Of a DNA stretch of 64,000 nt, positions 27,382 to 42,735 are shown piece after piece. Position 1 is the stretch's first letter; the number at the start of each line of letters is the position of its first letter. The stretch spans positions 58,726,464-58,790,463 of the forward strand of contig NC_043011.1 in the NCBI RefSeq assembly GCF_006345805.1, written 5' to 3'. This DNA comes from Octopus sinensis (taxonomy: Eukaryota). Both the position numbers and the translations under genes were made by a program. Below the pieces are notes generated by a model, which saw only the letters and a program-made list of their open reading frames with translations, did not search any database and was not told where the DNA came from.

Positions 27382-28134
27382 ATGAACGTATTTGTCAGTT
27401 TGTGTCTCTATGATCTGTATTCATCCTAGTGCATGTGATGAAATGATGTATTATTCGATGTCACTCCTGGGATCGGGTCAACGAACCATTCAAAAGGATG
27501 CCGTATATATCGTTTTGCTAAGAAACGTATTTTCTCGGAAAACAAAGAAGGATTCATATAATCAATATCGTGGATTTTTCTTGAGATTACGAAAAAAGAC
27601 TTTGATGGTTGTCTTGCAAAGAACAAAAAGAAAATAGTTAACTGTCCTGTTATTAAATGTTTTGTTATTATTTCTCTTTTATCTACAATTTTTCTGCACG
27701 TCAGAATGTATAAACACTTCACAGAAGCAATACCATCATATAATTATAGATATTTATTTCTTTGAATAACGACCGAAATAGCGTAAAGTAGCAATCTGCT
27801 CTGCAGTGGTTGAAATCGTAACCTGTCCTGCCAGTGCGGACTGTGTCAATGGAACACCGCTTTACGTTGTTGATCTTTGACATTTTATGAAAGAGAATTG
27901 CAGCGTTGCATTTATCAATGATTTGATCCTTCACTAAGAAGTATACATTGAACAAAGCTATTGCTAACCAACTGTGTTTGTTTATTCATGTAATAAGGAT
28001 ACTGTAGTCAGGCAAGGAATTTATTTGACGCACTTTGATTGATTGGCAAACAGAAGGAGACGATATTGCGTGAGTGGAAGGCAGAAGTGAATATGTTTGC
28101 TTTTCATATATATATATATATATATACATACACA

Positions 28135-28177
<43 letters not shown>

Positions 28178-28919
28178 GTACATACACACACCCATATATG
28201 TACATATATACATATATATTTTTATATATACATATACATACATATATATGTTCATATATGTATATATATATAATATATATGAATGATGATGATGATAATA
28301 ATAACAACAACAACAACAATAATAGTCATAATAATAATAATAATAATATAATAATAATAATATAATAATAATAATAATAGTAATAATAATAATAATTCCT
28401 TAAGTAACCAGAAGATGGATTTGTTATTAATCTTTATTTTGTACAACGGTCATTTTCACCCACCTTGCTACTGTCCCTTTAGGGTGGGGCTCCGTTCAAC
28501 ATGCGCTACATCCATATTGCAGTATTTATCGCATCAGGTATATCCAAGGATAAAGTTGTGTCTCGCTAAAGATCTTGAGTTTAGGCTGCCATGTTGTTAT
28601 ATGCCCGTCTGTGATAAGAGACATAAGCAGGGTGGATCGAAATGACCGTTTTACAAAATTAAGATTAATACCAAATCCATCTTCTGGTTACGTAAGGCAT
28701 TATTATTATTATTATCTCAACTACCACTTCGGAGTACCTGAATTAGATCCAACTATAATATAACCCGACTGCGGATGGTATCCCAAACTGTGCCACTACT
28801 CTACCAAACTCTTCAACACACTAATGGACTTGTACCCCAAATTTTAAGTATGTATATGGATATAAAGATATATAGATATATACATATATACATACATATA
28901 TATATATATAATATATATA

Positions 28920-29003
<84 letters not shown>

Positions 29004-30281
29004 TACACTCAAGCGTGCTTTGTCAGTACCATTGTTATTCGTTTCATTTCGACAGATTTTCACTTCAAATTACCCTTACGGTTGTCGATTCAGATATTGT
29101 ACTTGTATTACAATTGTTCGTCTCGTATTGACAGATTTAAGTTTGGATCTTTTATGTACAAGTGCAATAAACATTCGACTACGAAAGGTATTTCTTTCCT
29201 GTGTCTTCTTTATGAGAAAGTGCGAAGAAGGGGGTAATTAGTAAAATTTTAAGCAGGTTTGTCATTTACAATCTGTGGAAAGACCGCTTCAAGAAGTATT
29301 TTGTTATGTATGAAGATAACATGATAGATGACGAAAATTCTTACCAATTTGGGATTCGAAATCATATGCAGTGGGTTAAATTTAAAAAGTAATTACATTG
29401 AATGGGGCTTAAAAAATTAATTAACGTTAAACTGCATATTAACAATGTGATTTAATTACGATATTTAAAATGTACTGCGAAATTACATAGGGAAATTCAA
29501 AACGATTAGTTGGATAAATAAGACTAAAATAATTAGCAAGGGCAATAAAAAGGCAAAAGAAATTAAATGGCAGATACATTGCAGGCAGGTGAAAATAAAG
29601 ATTAAGCAGAATCGTGATAAATCGACGTAGAAGAACAACATGGAGGTTAAAGGATTGTGTAAAGGTACTAAAAGTGTCTTAAAAGATAATCTGAGAAAAT
29701 TACATCTTTTGTTCGTATTAAGAGTTAAATAAAACCATTGATAAAGTATTAGAGGGATCACGAAGAATTCTATAAATGTGTAATAAAAATGGAATATTTT
29801 AAGTGCAATTAATTAATATCTGTGTTTTTTTTTTCATTGATGCTAATACGGCTTTTAATCCTCATTTTCCTAACAATACTTAATTTTTTTTTACATAATT
29901 ATATTTTTAATATAACGGCGTCATCTAAATTGCGTATGATATCCTTCTTAACGCCTTTTGTTCACTCACCTCTATAATACTTTTAGTGAAATGGGTTTGT
30001 AAATAATATATTTATGCTTGTGCTCGTATTATGCGTAATGTTATCATCACTCCTCCCACTTCTCTCTCACACACGCTTTATAAATAGGTACACACATGAA
30101 TGCATAGCATACATGCGTATGTGTTTGTGGGGGAGTATTTGTTTGTATATATATATATATATATACACTCACTGCGATTGTGTGCCACTTTGGGCAACTG
30201 CCTTTTATTACAGCATCACAGTTTTCACTGCATTTGAGGGATGGAAACTGAAAGAAGTAGGCAGTATAAACACACACGCAC

Positions 30282-30367
<86 letters not shown>

Positions 30368-30374
30368 TCTTTAT

Positions 30375-30428
30375 TTTCTTACTTGTTTCTTACATTTTGA
30401 CTGCAGTCATGCTGGAGCACCGCCGCAA
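30375..30428 (-). mobile_element. Isolated SINE-B/LINE 3' tail fragment
   Basis: cttgtttc...tttgactgcagtcatgctggagcaccgcc. Confidence 0.65.
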
Positions 30429-32579
30429 CATGGCCCTCTAGTTTGTATGTAGGAGTGGACAATACATTGTATTAAACAATGTAGAGGCAGTATATAGAAA
30501 CAAATCGATATTGTTTTATAGAACTTGTGTAAAATACTCGAAAGACAACAGTCCCACTGATATGATGAACACTCTCATCATTCTTTCAGCCATTCTGAAA
30601 TTTCTTGATGTTACTTATCATTGAATGAACAGTCATTCTTTATAAAGAACCATTATTCAATCGGCGGTTAGTGTGTCTTAGACCTGTTAATAATATTGGA
30701 GGAAAATTTGAAGAGTCCATTTGAAGATTGTGTTTGTTCTGTTTCTTCCCTTTGTTTTTAAATGGCACTTGCACGTATTTTCGCATCTGTAATTTTAGGA
30801 AAAGTTTGTTACCAGTTCCTACCTCTGACATTTCTGTTGTGAAAATGATCTGGAAGAGACATTGGTTTTCAAAAAATAAGTAAAGAGAAGATACCTGAAA
30901 ATATGACTTTGTAATCTGAGAGATTAGCTTCTCGTCTATGGTTTAATGGTAAATAATGGTCAGACATATTTACAAGTAGATAATTGAGAATATAATATAG
31001 ACAGATAACGAGATATCAGAATTGTAATTATCTATGCTGCTTAAAACAACTGTCCGTTGAAGACTAATTGTCTCAGCAAAACAGTTGAAATTTCTTCCTT
31101 TTTTTAGTGTTCTTAGCATCCTAAGAGACTATCAATATATTTTGAGACAAAACTACCTGGGGCAAACCTGTTTGCGGAGAAACATATGATGCAGTATATA
31201 ATCAAAAGATGCAAATGATTTTTGAAATTTCAATATGATAATCGTTTCACTAACAAGACGACTATTCTATTATCGGTAAACAAGAAAAAGTCGAAAAATC
31301 GGGCACGGTTTATATCTGGTGCTTGTCGTTGTCGGACGATTCATGATAGAAAAATATAAACTGCGCATGACGTTAATAGCTGTCATATATATTCGATCAT
31401 CTACTCCAAAAGTTTGAATATGAGCCAACTCAAGTGAAATAAATATATCTATGTATAACATAGATCACAAGGAAAATTCTACATAGATTTCAACACATAA
31501 CGTTGAAGTAAACCCTGATCATACGAGATATTTAACCTTGGTATCTATAGAAGAAATGTATCACTCGATCACAGTAATTTATGAAGGTATATATCCACAT
31601 ACGTTGGCAAATTGAGTTGAGTAATTTGTATCGATATATAATCAATTAGATTTAATAAATTACATATCAGGTGTTTATTAAAATCATGCTGGGAGAATAA
31701 GAGACAACAGATATACTAGCAAACTTGGAACATAGAAACATAGAGGTGGATTTTTTTTTATTTCGATCTACCTTTCCTTCTCTAATCACAATCATGCCAT
31801 TAAGGCAAGATTTTCCCAACTTTGAATGTTATTGAAAAGTTCCCCAGACGTTGTTTGGTAACTGTAGCTGTATTACTTGTAGCTCAAAGACGGAATAAGG
31901 TATCCAACTTCAAAGAGATACCACATCAGAACATAAAAGATACTGCGGGATAATTTATCTTATGTTCTGTCATTTCTATTTTATATCATCAGTTTGTTTC
32001 ATTAATCAATTTCCTTATAATATTAATGTCATAAAATATGTTTAATAATAATGTACATTGCTTGCATTTTATATAGGTTCGCCGCCGAACAGTTTCTCAG
32101 AGCACAGCCAGCATATGTGTGTGTGCACCTAAACCTACATGGTAGACAAGCAAACATGACGTTTTAACTTTTTCTCCGTACAATGAACTAAAAAAAAAAT
32201 ATAATAATAATTGATTTTCGAAAAGACGTCTCATCCCAGCCGTCTACGTCTGTGAAGAACAAATAGTCAATCTGTTTATATAATCAACATAGAGAATAGT
32301 TTCAGAAAAGTGGAGAAGCTAATTTGCATATTGGAAGTCGTTACTATTTTATTTAATATCAGCAGCCAATCGATGTCGGTTCGAAGAATATTACCGTCGG
32401 ATATGGCGTAGGCAAAGCTTACACATAAGATATATAAACATGGTAATTCTAAAGATTTCTCTGTAGAGTCAAAATAATGACGATTTAATCGATTTTTTAA
32501 ACTTCTTCGGTTCACTCACACACATACACACAAACACACGCACGTTCATACACAAAACGCACACACGCACGTATAGGTT

Positions 32580-32912
32580 CAGAGGTGGCTGTGTGGTAAG
32601 AAGCTTGCTTCCCAATCACATAGTTCTGAGTTCAATCTCTCTGCGTGTCACCTTCTGCTCCAGCCTCTGGCAGACCAAAGCCTTGCGAATGCATTTGGTA
32701 TGTGTGTGTGTGTGTGTATTTGAGTTTGTGTTTGACCCCCACCTCTGCTTGACAACCGGGGTTGTTATGCTTACGTCCCCGTAACTAAGCCGTTCGGTAA
32801 AAGTGGTCTATAGGATAAGAGGCTTACAAAGAATGTGTCCTGGAGTCGATTCATTCGACTAAAAACCCTTCAAGCTTGTGCTCCATGATGGCCGCATTCA
32901 AGTGACTGACGT
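32580..32912 (+). mobile_element. SINE family B copy (older)
   Basis: gtggctgtgtggtaagaagcttgcttcccaa head, short (TG)n, gcttgacaaccg body, gactgac tail. Confidence 0.8.
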
Positions 32913-32927
32913 ATGGAAGAATTAAAA

Positions 32928-33745
32928 GCATCCTCGTCATCATTTAACGTCTGTTCTCCAAGCTGACGTGAGTTGGACAGTTTGACTGGGGCTATTAAGC
33001 TGAGGGGCTGCACCAGACATCAGTCTAATTTGGCTTGGTTCCTACGACTAGATGCCCTTCCTAACGCCAACTACTCCATGAGTATAATAGATGTTCTTAC
33101 GTACAACCGGCACTGATGCCTACTACGAGACACCGGCTTCGGTCACATTTCCCCCTTGAGGCTCAGCGTTCGATTGGTGCTCTTTTTATCCCATCATCAC
33201 GAGTGCCTGTCATGTGATGCCGGCATTGGTCATATTGCCTCCGCGAGGCCTAATTTTCTAGAGGTCCTTTTTACGTGCCACCGGCTCCGGTGCCAGTTAC
33301 GTGACATTAGCATCGGCCACGATTGGCTTGACAAGTTTGGAAGATCATGATTCACTACCTCATAAAATGTCTTCCTGGGCCTACCTCTACCACACATTCG
33401 CTCTACGTTTAGAGAACGGCACTTCTTTAAAACACCTGTCCTTGTCTGTACCATCACTTGACCATACCAGCACAGTCGTCTCCCCTGCATACCACATCTC
33501 ATGCCTCTTAGGCCCATTTTTTTTCTCAAGACGCTTACAATTTGCCGTAGATGCGCACTAACATTGCACATCCAGCGAAGCAACCTAGCTTCGTTTTTTT
33601 CAAGAGAGTACCTGTCCTCGCCAGTTGCAGCTCAGGTTTCACTGCCGTGTAGCATAGCTGTTCACACAATGACATCATAGTCTGCCAAAATGAGTAGCAG
33701 TTCTCTGTCAAGAAGGGGAGGAGCTCTCTGAATTTTGCCCGGCCT
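32928..33745 (-). pseudogene. 5'-truncated RTE-clade LINE with 3' UTR
   Basis: MLRWMCNVS...RRLCWYGQVM...GRGRPRKT. GATGAC/GAT-like tail near 32930. Confidence 0.85.
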
Positions 33746-33879
33746 ACTCTTTGTCCACACCTACGCTCTTGGAAAGAACACTTCCGCTACTATTTGGTCG
33801 CCTAAATAATGGAAACCAGCATACACACACGTACATACACAACCACACACACATACACGCATTTATATCTGTATGCGTT

Positions 33880-33923
<44 letters not shown>

Positions 33924-34899
33924 GTATGCATAAATCGAATCGTACGTCTACTAAATCGGAAGTTTCTAGATTCTAAATAGTGTATTTGAATTTTGGCACA
34001 ATGTCAGCAATTTTATGAGGTGTAGAATATCAGATTACATTGACTGCAGTATTTCAATGATATTGTGTTTTATGGAACCCAAGACGATGAAATTCGAAAT
34101 TGATTTCGACGTGGTTTGCATTCATTGCGCAGAGATGTTGGAAAAATGCTGAATGACAATTTAACGAATGCTACAAAGCCTCTGCCAAATCATTGCCTCG
34201 CGTTCGATATTAACCTGTCTCGGAATTATAAGCAAGAATATAAGAATATGACTTTATAGATTAATTATATTGCTAATTCGTTTTCAATAAGATAACAAAA
34301 ATAACAATTAACGTAAGATATATACGTTTGTTAAGTAAACGCTTTCTCTGGGCAAATTCTAATTACCAACATATTCTTGACTGCTTTTTGGCTTCAATTA
34401 ATTCAAAATATGTTGTTGTTGGTGTTGTTCGTGAACTTATATTTATTTGTTCAGTAAGTATTGAAGTCATAAACAATCTGTCGTTGATTGTATTTTCACA
34501 TACTTTTCTCACTTGTTTACATATAATTCTCATCTTTAAATATAGTATGTTGCTGAAGGTGGTTTAATTATTGTCTTATTAGAAGAAAAGGAAGGATTAT
34601 GCAAAATATTTCCTTAATAGATCATTAATTACTTCGCATTACCAAACGAACAACAATGATTCCGTCATCACGACTTTCACATCGGTCATCTAATTTATTT
34701 TTGACTGAGTTAGCTGCAATAAATATTTTATCTAGTTTTTGTATTCCATACACAAAAATATTACGAATAATTTGTATTGAGCAGCATTACATGTGATATA
34801 ACATATTCAGTTGAAGGGTCTTCTACAAACCAATACTGAGACAGCTATAAAGCGATATATATTTTTTTCAGAATGTAACCATAGGTGAAGCGTTGAAGA

Positions 34900-35075
34900 T
34901 TTTCTTCCCCCGTCTTCCTTTCTATTGAACTTCCCTCTGTTTCTGAGGAGCGTTGCTCGAAACGTTAAACCATATTTCTTTCCTGCCCTGAGCTTCTGCA
35001 AATAATTTACATGTACAACATCCTTGCGCTGTTGTTGTTTTGTGTCTGTTTTGCTTTGTTTTTTTTGCTATTTAC
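34900..35075 (+). mobile_element. GAGC/GCTC HHR-like element copy
   Basis: GTTT-CTGAGGAGCGTTGCTC-GAAA-CGTT-AAAC near 34940-34972 (stem I GTTT/AAAC), followed by ttctttcct..ctgagc and (TA)n. Confidence 0.55.
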
Positions 35076-35080
35076 GATAT

Positions 35081-35197
<117 letters not shown>

Positions 35198-35234
35198 CAT
35201 ATATATATATATACATATATATATACATATACTA

Positions 35235-35755
35235 CACGAGGGGTGTATGAATAATTTTGAGCCTAACCTAGAAAAGGGGCTGCTAGATAGCCGAGACTAT
35301 TTTTTCTGGTATTCGGAGTATTCTTACTTATTTTGATGATTCTATTTTAATTCTTTATTGTTGCAGATTTTTGAATAAACAAGTGTCTAGGTTACAAGAA
35401 AATGGAGAAAGCTGAGTATCGTGCTCTCATAAAGGGCTTTCATTTGAAGGACATGACTGCATCAGGAATCTATGAACATATGGTGAGAACCTTAACAGAC
35501 AATGCACCTTCATATGCAGCACTCAAACGCTGGGTAAATGAACTCAAGCTTGGCAGGGAGAGTGTGGAAGATGATCCCAGATCAGGGAGACCTCAAACTA
35601 TAACCACCAAGGACAACTTTGACCTTGCTCTTGGTATGAAAATGCAATATCGCCGAATATCATGTCGTCAGATAGCCGAGAGACTGGGCATCTCAACTGA
35701 CACAGCAGACAACATTGTGACAAAAGAACTTGGGTTCTCAAAGGTTTCCGCGACC
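35235..35755 (+). pseudogene. Mariner transposon 5' half (TIR and HTH domain)
   Basis: TA|CACGAGGGG TIR start. ORF MEKAEYRALIK...WVNELKLGRESVEDDPRSGRP...ELGFSKVSA ends just before the WVP motif. Confidence 0.9.
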
Positions 35756-38574
35756 GGATATGAATGTTTTCCTTTATTAGGATGTTTACATAATTATTTG
35801 TACTGATCTGAAGAACTGGATAGTTTTTCCCTTAGCTAACGTTTAACATTTAAGAGGAGGTTCCAATAAAGTTATTTTTCAACTTAAGTCTTTGGAAATA
35901 GAACATGTAATTATATACAAGTAATGATCGGGAAACGTGTTATTGAACCCCGACCCTTCACGAAACTGTCCTTGGGCTATACAATAAATAAAACAACAAC
36001 AGTTCAATAGTAACGAATAACAGTGATGTTTAGATTTGTGTATATCTATTTGATGATAGTTGAAATAATTAACGAACAAAGCACAGGTTCGCTTTTCGCT
36101 CTCTCCAAACAGGTATTGATGAACAATATATAAAATTCGTCTAGTTGTTTAAATATGCGAATTAGAAATCAAATATCTCCTCAAATGATATTTCTCTTTT
36201 ATAACGAAATTAAACAGTAGACCACGATGCCTTCGGTACGTGATCCCTACAAATTCTGTCCTCATCGATTTTCAAATGAGGGTGAAATTACAGTAAAATT
36301 AAATGTTCAAAATATATGCCACGGCAATAGCTCACTTCATATATTTTCTATTAACCATTTCTAAAACTGACATTTTAAGTCCCCAGTTTAAGCCTTTTTG
36401 CTTATAAAATGGCAAAAGCCGAAATCCTCAGAACGTTTCTTATTAGATCAACTATTAGCCCTTATTAGATTCCGCTGACTTCAAAATGAAACGTGAACTG
36501 CATCCTCAAAACATACACAACCCAAATAGTAAGCATTAGGCACTCATTCATAGCAGTAACCAAAGCAGAAGATTTCAAGTTCAAGTTGAACCTGTTTGTT
36601 TAAATGTTTTTATAAATGCATTGTAGTTTTGAGCGGACTGTCTAACAAAATTTATGTTTATCAATATTGAGAGAGATCGGGTTTACATACTGAACAATTT
36701 TGAAAATTTTGAATATGCGATGCTATTAATATTAATATTCACCCGAATGGGTATTTCTAAACACTATATTGAAACAAATAGGATGAGCAATAGCTTTAAA
36801 TCCTTTGGAAATACGATTGTCACAGAGCCTAGGAAATAGATACTTTATTTACATCTTATTTCAATTGAGTTAACCGTTTACTGCCAATATCGAGTTCATT
36901 TGCATTTTATTGGAAGTAATAGAAGCGTAATTATTTAACGATTTCCTTGCAAGACACGGTGTAGTGTTGCTGGGTTTTACATTCTCTTTGTATGCAGAGC
37001 GCATCCTTTACTGACTCCACTAAATTATATTAAACTTCGTACTGTAGAAAATAAATTACTTGATCTGCGCTGTTTGTTAATCGTTTGAGATAAGAAAATA
37101 AGAGTCGAAACACTTCATGTTTCAAGTGAATTTAGTCTGACTGAAATATAAAAGAAAATCCCACGTAAGGAAATAAGGAGAAAACAAGCAATAAAAATAT
37201 TTCCGCAAGTTAGTTCGTCTTCAAAGAAATGTTGGCCTGTTTGGGCATTGAATTATGGCTGAAAAAGCACAAGGAACTCCAAAAGCGCAGGATAGAGGGT
37301 TTTTTTGTTTGTTTTGTTATTATAACGCAGTTAATGTAACAAACGTAAAGTAACAAAATATAAATAAATATCACGAACATCAATAGTAGGTTTGGTCAAG
37401 TACTTATGCCATGGAGGTACGATATATATCTATTAATATATATATGTGTATGTATGTGTGTGTGTGTGTGTGAATAAGTGATTGACAAAAGAACAAGATT
37501 TACACAATCAATTTCAGTAGCTTACAGCCGTTTCTGCTTGAGGAAACGTTTCACTCCGAGTTGATTGTTTGTGCAACATCTAAAGGCTTACATGAAACAA
37601 TTTAAACATATATATATGGTGTAAATTTGTGTGCGTGAGTGTGACAAATCTATTTCTTCAATGATTGGCATGAAGCTGAATATATTTTCGCAGGCCAGGA
37701 TATGATTATTTATTAAAACTAACGTATACCCGTCACGGACACGTCATCGACAAGTATCGAAGAAGAAAATCGTATTGTTGTATAAGTCAGGTTTCTAGTT
37801 GTTTTGCGAAGCACCGCATTTGATGGATCTTCTTCGCAAATATGTTTCCAGAGCTTAAAATGGCAATATATATCACTCATATATTTCATTCAAATTCTAT
37901 TTTTCTTCATTGTCTTGCATTCTCACGCTTCAATTTACTAAAAGGCGAATAAAAAAGGGCTGAAATCAGAGACCAGAGGATATAATAGCAACGGACTGCG
38001 CGATGTAGTTTCTCCAACGCTCTACAGACTCTTCCACATACCCAGCTTGGTGAAAACCTAAGCACAACATAGTATTTTCCAACCATGTTAGTTATTTTTT
38101 TATTACATATACTTAAATCAATGGCAGAATTGATAGCGGGCTAGCAAAATGATTTGCGTAATTTATTTCGGCACATGATCTAAGACGAAAAATCATATAT
38201 TTGCATATGCAACTTCACCGCTGCTGCAAAATATTAAGAAGTGATATGCACATCTTTGTGGAAAATAATTATGCATTAATTATTTGCAAGGTTGATAATT
38301 TATTCATGCATTATTTATTCTCCTTTTCACATTTGACAGACTTAATTAGATGAATCGTTCACAAACCTTTGAAATTATTATCTGAAAGTTTTCATATTTA
38401 GCTTCGCAAGTTATGGTCCCTTATTCAGCAAAGTGTAAGAGACGATCGTGTTCAAAGTACATTGTCTTGTTTCCGACAGGTCGGCAGGTGGACCAAATGA
38501 CCTATTTTCACATCTCATTCGCTTTTCTTTTGCAGCCCCGTCTAATTGTTCTATCTTGCATCTGCTGCAATATA

Positions 38575-38647
38575 AATATAAATATAATATAATATAATAT
38601 AATTTAATATAATATAATATAATATAATATAATATAATATGATATGA
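38575..38647. repeat. (AATAT)n pentanucleotide microsatellite
   Basis: Direct inspection. Confidence 0.95.
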
Positions 38648-39149
38648 TAAAAAGCACTGTTTAACCAAAGTACGGGTGTTCCCGTGGAACCGATGATATT
38701 ATTATTTTAACATCAGGAGGACGCCTCCTAAAGCTGGTTATGCACTCGATATATTTCAAGTGGAGAGAACTCTAGCTGCCCAGTTTCGGCTATCATGGTA
38801 TATGTCCAGAGACATGAGAGAGTTGGGAGTTATATTAACTGGAAGCTATGCCAGCACTAAGGAATGACAACAGAAAAAAGATTGCATAGGCATATCCCAG
38901 AAAGGGGATACACCAGTAAAGTGAAGTATTGTGACATGTAGCCGTTGATTCGCATACTCTTCAATTCAGGTCGAAAACGTCTAGTTAAATCATTTGGCTA
39001 TCGGAGAATATATCGCAAATCGTCAGCAATTTTTTAGGTATCATAAGTTCTTTATTTAAAACTACTGAAATAAATTAATCTTTAGTAAGGAAAGATCTGT
39101 TAAACAATGTGCATTTAATAAGCGTTTGGTTTGTAGTCAATGATATTCA

Positions 39150-39860
39150 GGATTGAAACACAGTTATATTTTTCAAGATGAAAGAAGTGCAGGTGTGTCT
39201 TAACATTGGACATATTCCATGCATAGCCCTTGTTTCCATGCCTCAAGTTACAGGTATTAATTCCAAAGCGTATCTGGATATTATTCAGAGGAGACATTTT
39301 AATATGACCATCATTTATTTCACTGCATATCAAGAGAGCACATACTAACATTCTGAAAGACAGACCATAATTTTTATCGGGTCCAGTCGTGTTAATGGAT
39401 GGATTGTGTTTTTCGTCTGGGAGGTAGCCATTGTTCTTTTCTTAGGATATGATTAGAGACAGCACTACGATGAGCCGACTTATAAAAGCCTGGTAGCAAG
39501 TTTCCTGTTCGGTGAGGACAGAGTGCAACTCTTTGATTAGGATGAGAAACCTTGAAATGATGAGATCCCATTGACCAGGTTTACAATCTTTATAGTCGGA
39601 GAATGATACAAATGAAAGCATTTTGCCATTTTTACGCAACTTATGATCTCCCTGGACCACTGTTTACAGAAGTTCAATGTTGACAGAACTTGGTCCTTCG
39701 AATCGAGAGCAATCTCAGAAAGAAACGATGCTATTCGAAACATCTATGGCATATCCGAGCACTTAAAATGTCATCTCCACACACTGAATGAATATTCTTT
39801 GCTGATTCTATTGTTCGAAGCGTCGTTGTCTATTTCACATGCTCATTCCCAGAAACAAAT
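39150..39860 (-). pseudogene. Decayed mariner transposase
   Basis: Frameshifted ESAKNIHSVCGDDILSARICHRCF...KPGQW...PIKIMVC resembles the mariner HTH, WVP and catalytic-region motifs. Confidence 0.7.
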
Positions 39861-40049
39861 ATACAATCTTTATATATATATATATATAATCAACGTAAAC
39901 GGTGGCTTCAGGAAACTGGAGATGCTTATTTGCCTAATATAAGTCATTAGGTTTACATTTAATATCAGCAGTGTTCAAAGTATTTTTTCTTGTTTCGGAT
40001 AAACTGTTAGGACCACTTTTTTCTCATTTTTCTGCAATTTGATTAAGGT

Positions 40050-40310
40050 TTTCCTGTGCCATGGCGTGCAGAGGTTCAATATTGATAGAACCCCGTCCTT
40101 CGGATCGAGAGGATTCTGAGAGAGAAATTAGTTTCCCGAACAAAACTTGTGAAAACGTCGTTGGCATGTCCGCACATTGAACACGTCTTTTTCACACACT
40201 AAATGAATATTTCTCACCGTTTTCGTTGCTGAAGAACGCCTTTTTTGAATTCATAGAGCATGCAGTGCCTGATATTGGTCGGATCTAATTGCATTGTAAA
40301 AGGATAAAGT
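40050..40310 (-). pseudogene. Second decayed mariner HTH fragment, related to 39660-39860
   Basis: KDVFNVRTCQRRFHKFCSGN. Visible DNA similarity to the neighbouring copy. Confidence 0.7.
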
Positions 40311-41153
40311 TAAAACGAATTATATCACCAGAAATATACTTCACAATGTTTCAATTAATGCTTATTTCATCGTAAGTATTGAAAAAGTACCCTAAAGTCA
40401 TCACGATATTCCAGTCTCAAGTCAGATCAGATGAAGCAATTAAGAATTTTATTTGTAATTAGAACCTTGCAGTAGCCAGAAGTGTTGATTTAATTCAGTG
40501 AAAAGTTACGTGCATTTCACATGAGGATGTTTCTACAGTGCTACAAGTATTCATTCAAAATACTATTCCTTTAATGTTAGAATAACACAAATAGAGCATA
40601 AGCCTTTTACATAGACAATACATGGCTTTAGTAATCGATTCTACTAATCGAAAATTCCACTCCTCGTCCATAATATTTTACATTCGGATTTTTGTATATC
40701 CCACGGGGAAAGAGTTTTTTTCTTTACCTTTCTAGCAGCGAAACAAACACAAATCAGCAACTACGGATATTTAGTTAAATTTCAAACAATTAATTTTGTT
40801 GTATTTTTTTTTACAGGTAAACGTAATAACAATCTTCAGTACATGTCATATTAGCATATCATCATGAAATTTTTCTATTATATGGCCTGGGTATATTTTA
40901 AATGCACTGTTCACATATATTTAAGTAACAACTTAACAAGAAATGCAGCACCAAGTTTTGTCAGTGAGCATGTCGCGGACTCAAAGCGGCGAAAAATTTT
41001 GACAAGGTAAATTTGAATGTTGAAATGAATCTAACGGTTTTTGTGTGTTTCTGAAATGGCTTATAAACACCTTCCACGCTGCAATTGTTTTCATTCCAGC
41101 ACACGATCTCAGATCAAGTCGCTCGCTATGCAAGTACATCTCCGTAATATATA

Positions 41154-41184
<31 letters not shown>

Positions 41185-41209
41185 ATATATAAATAAAAAT
41201 ATATATATG

Positions 41210-41297
<88 letters not shown>

Positions 41298-41352
41298 AAA
41301 GTTAATCCAAACAAGAAAACACAAAAAAACACAACGCGAGGACGTGGAGCAA

Positions 41353-41437
<85 letters not shown>

Positions 41438-41902
41438 ATATGTATGTATGTATACATATTCATATAAATGTGCATGTTTGGGTGTGTACATATGTCCATG
41501 TGTGCGTTTGTGCGTGTGAGTGTGGGGTAGTACAGAATAAAAGATCGATTAAAATAAGATTAAATCTGATATACATTTTATATTGTCGACGCCAATAAAT
41601 TCTATTGTTGATAAATGCATGCACAGTCATTCATATAACATCTAATAGAATAAATACGCACAAAGTAGATACCCGATTAAGCTAATTATATAATTATACA
41701 TTATATGGGTTTTGAATGAATAGATAGAGAAACGCACATGGAATCCTTCCATTGTTTATACAGATAGTCATAGATATGTCTTTTTTAATTATGTGAATGC
41801 AATGTTGTAAGCGTATCTCCTTACGTAATCGTACATCGTTTTAAATGCATATATATGTGGATTTATCTATATTTAAGTAAGTATATATATATATATATAT
41901 AT

Positions 41903-41941
<39 letters not shown>

Positions 41942-42035
41942 ATATACATATAAATACCTATTTATTTTCATATATATATCATATATATATATATATATAT
42001 GTGTGTGTGCATGTGTTTATGTGTGCGTATGCATG

Positions 42036-42073
<38 letters not shown>

Positions 42074-42531
42074 AAATATATGTATGTATTTGTATATATT
42101 TTTTAAGATAAACAGTGAAATGAAAATATTGATATGAAACTTGCCTGTAATTCACGTTGTTCAGCGAAAGTAAATGGAAAAGTTTATAAAGATTAGAATA
42201 TAATTATTATCAAAGGTAAGTTCCGTATGTTCAACACTAACCAAATGCTTAAATATTCAATGCATGCAAAATATGGAAATGTATTTTTTAGGTAGTTCCA
42301 GGGCAAACAAATTTCTGGACGGACTTCTTGAGTGAAGGAATGCATTGTGCCTCTCTGAATTTATATTCATTTTACATGTTCTCGTTTGCATTGGCGCCGC
42401 TGACAGAGAGTAAAACCACGTGCCAATTCGCCAATTCACCAATTCATGTACAAGGCACTAACAAACGTAAACTAGGAGTAACCATTTCGTGATTTTGGAC
42501 TGGATTTGTCAATATATATATACATATATTC

Positions 42532-42562
<31 letters not shown>

Positions 42563-42592
42563 ATATATATATGTATATTATATATATATATA

Positions 42593-42647
<55 letters not shown>

Positions 42648-42654
42648 CATATAT

Positions 42655-42696
<42 letters not shown>

Positions 42697-42704
42697 CATA
42701 TACT

Positions 42705-42735
<31 letters not shown>

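Noticed and set aside
27790-27880. TCPASADCVNG as an EGF-like fragment
   Set aside because: The cysteine spacing is incomplete, there is an in-frame stop, and there is no donor site.
41075-41115. GAAAACAATTGCA motif similar to the 46980 palindrome
   Set aside because: It lacks U16.1, the core box and stem II. It is part of a repeat, not a supportable ribozyme.
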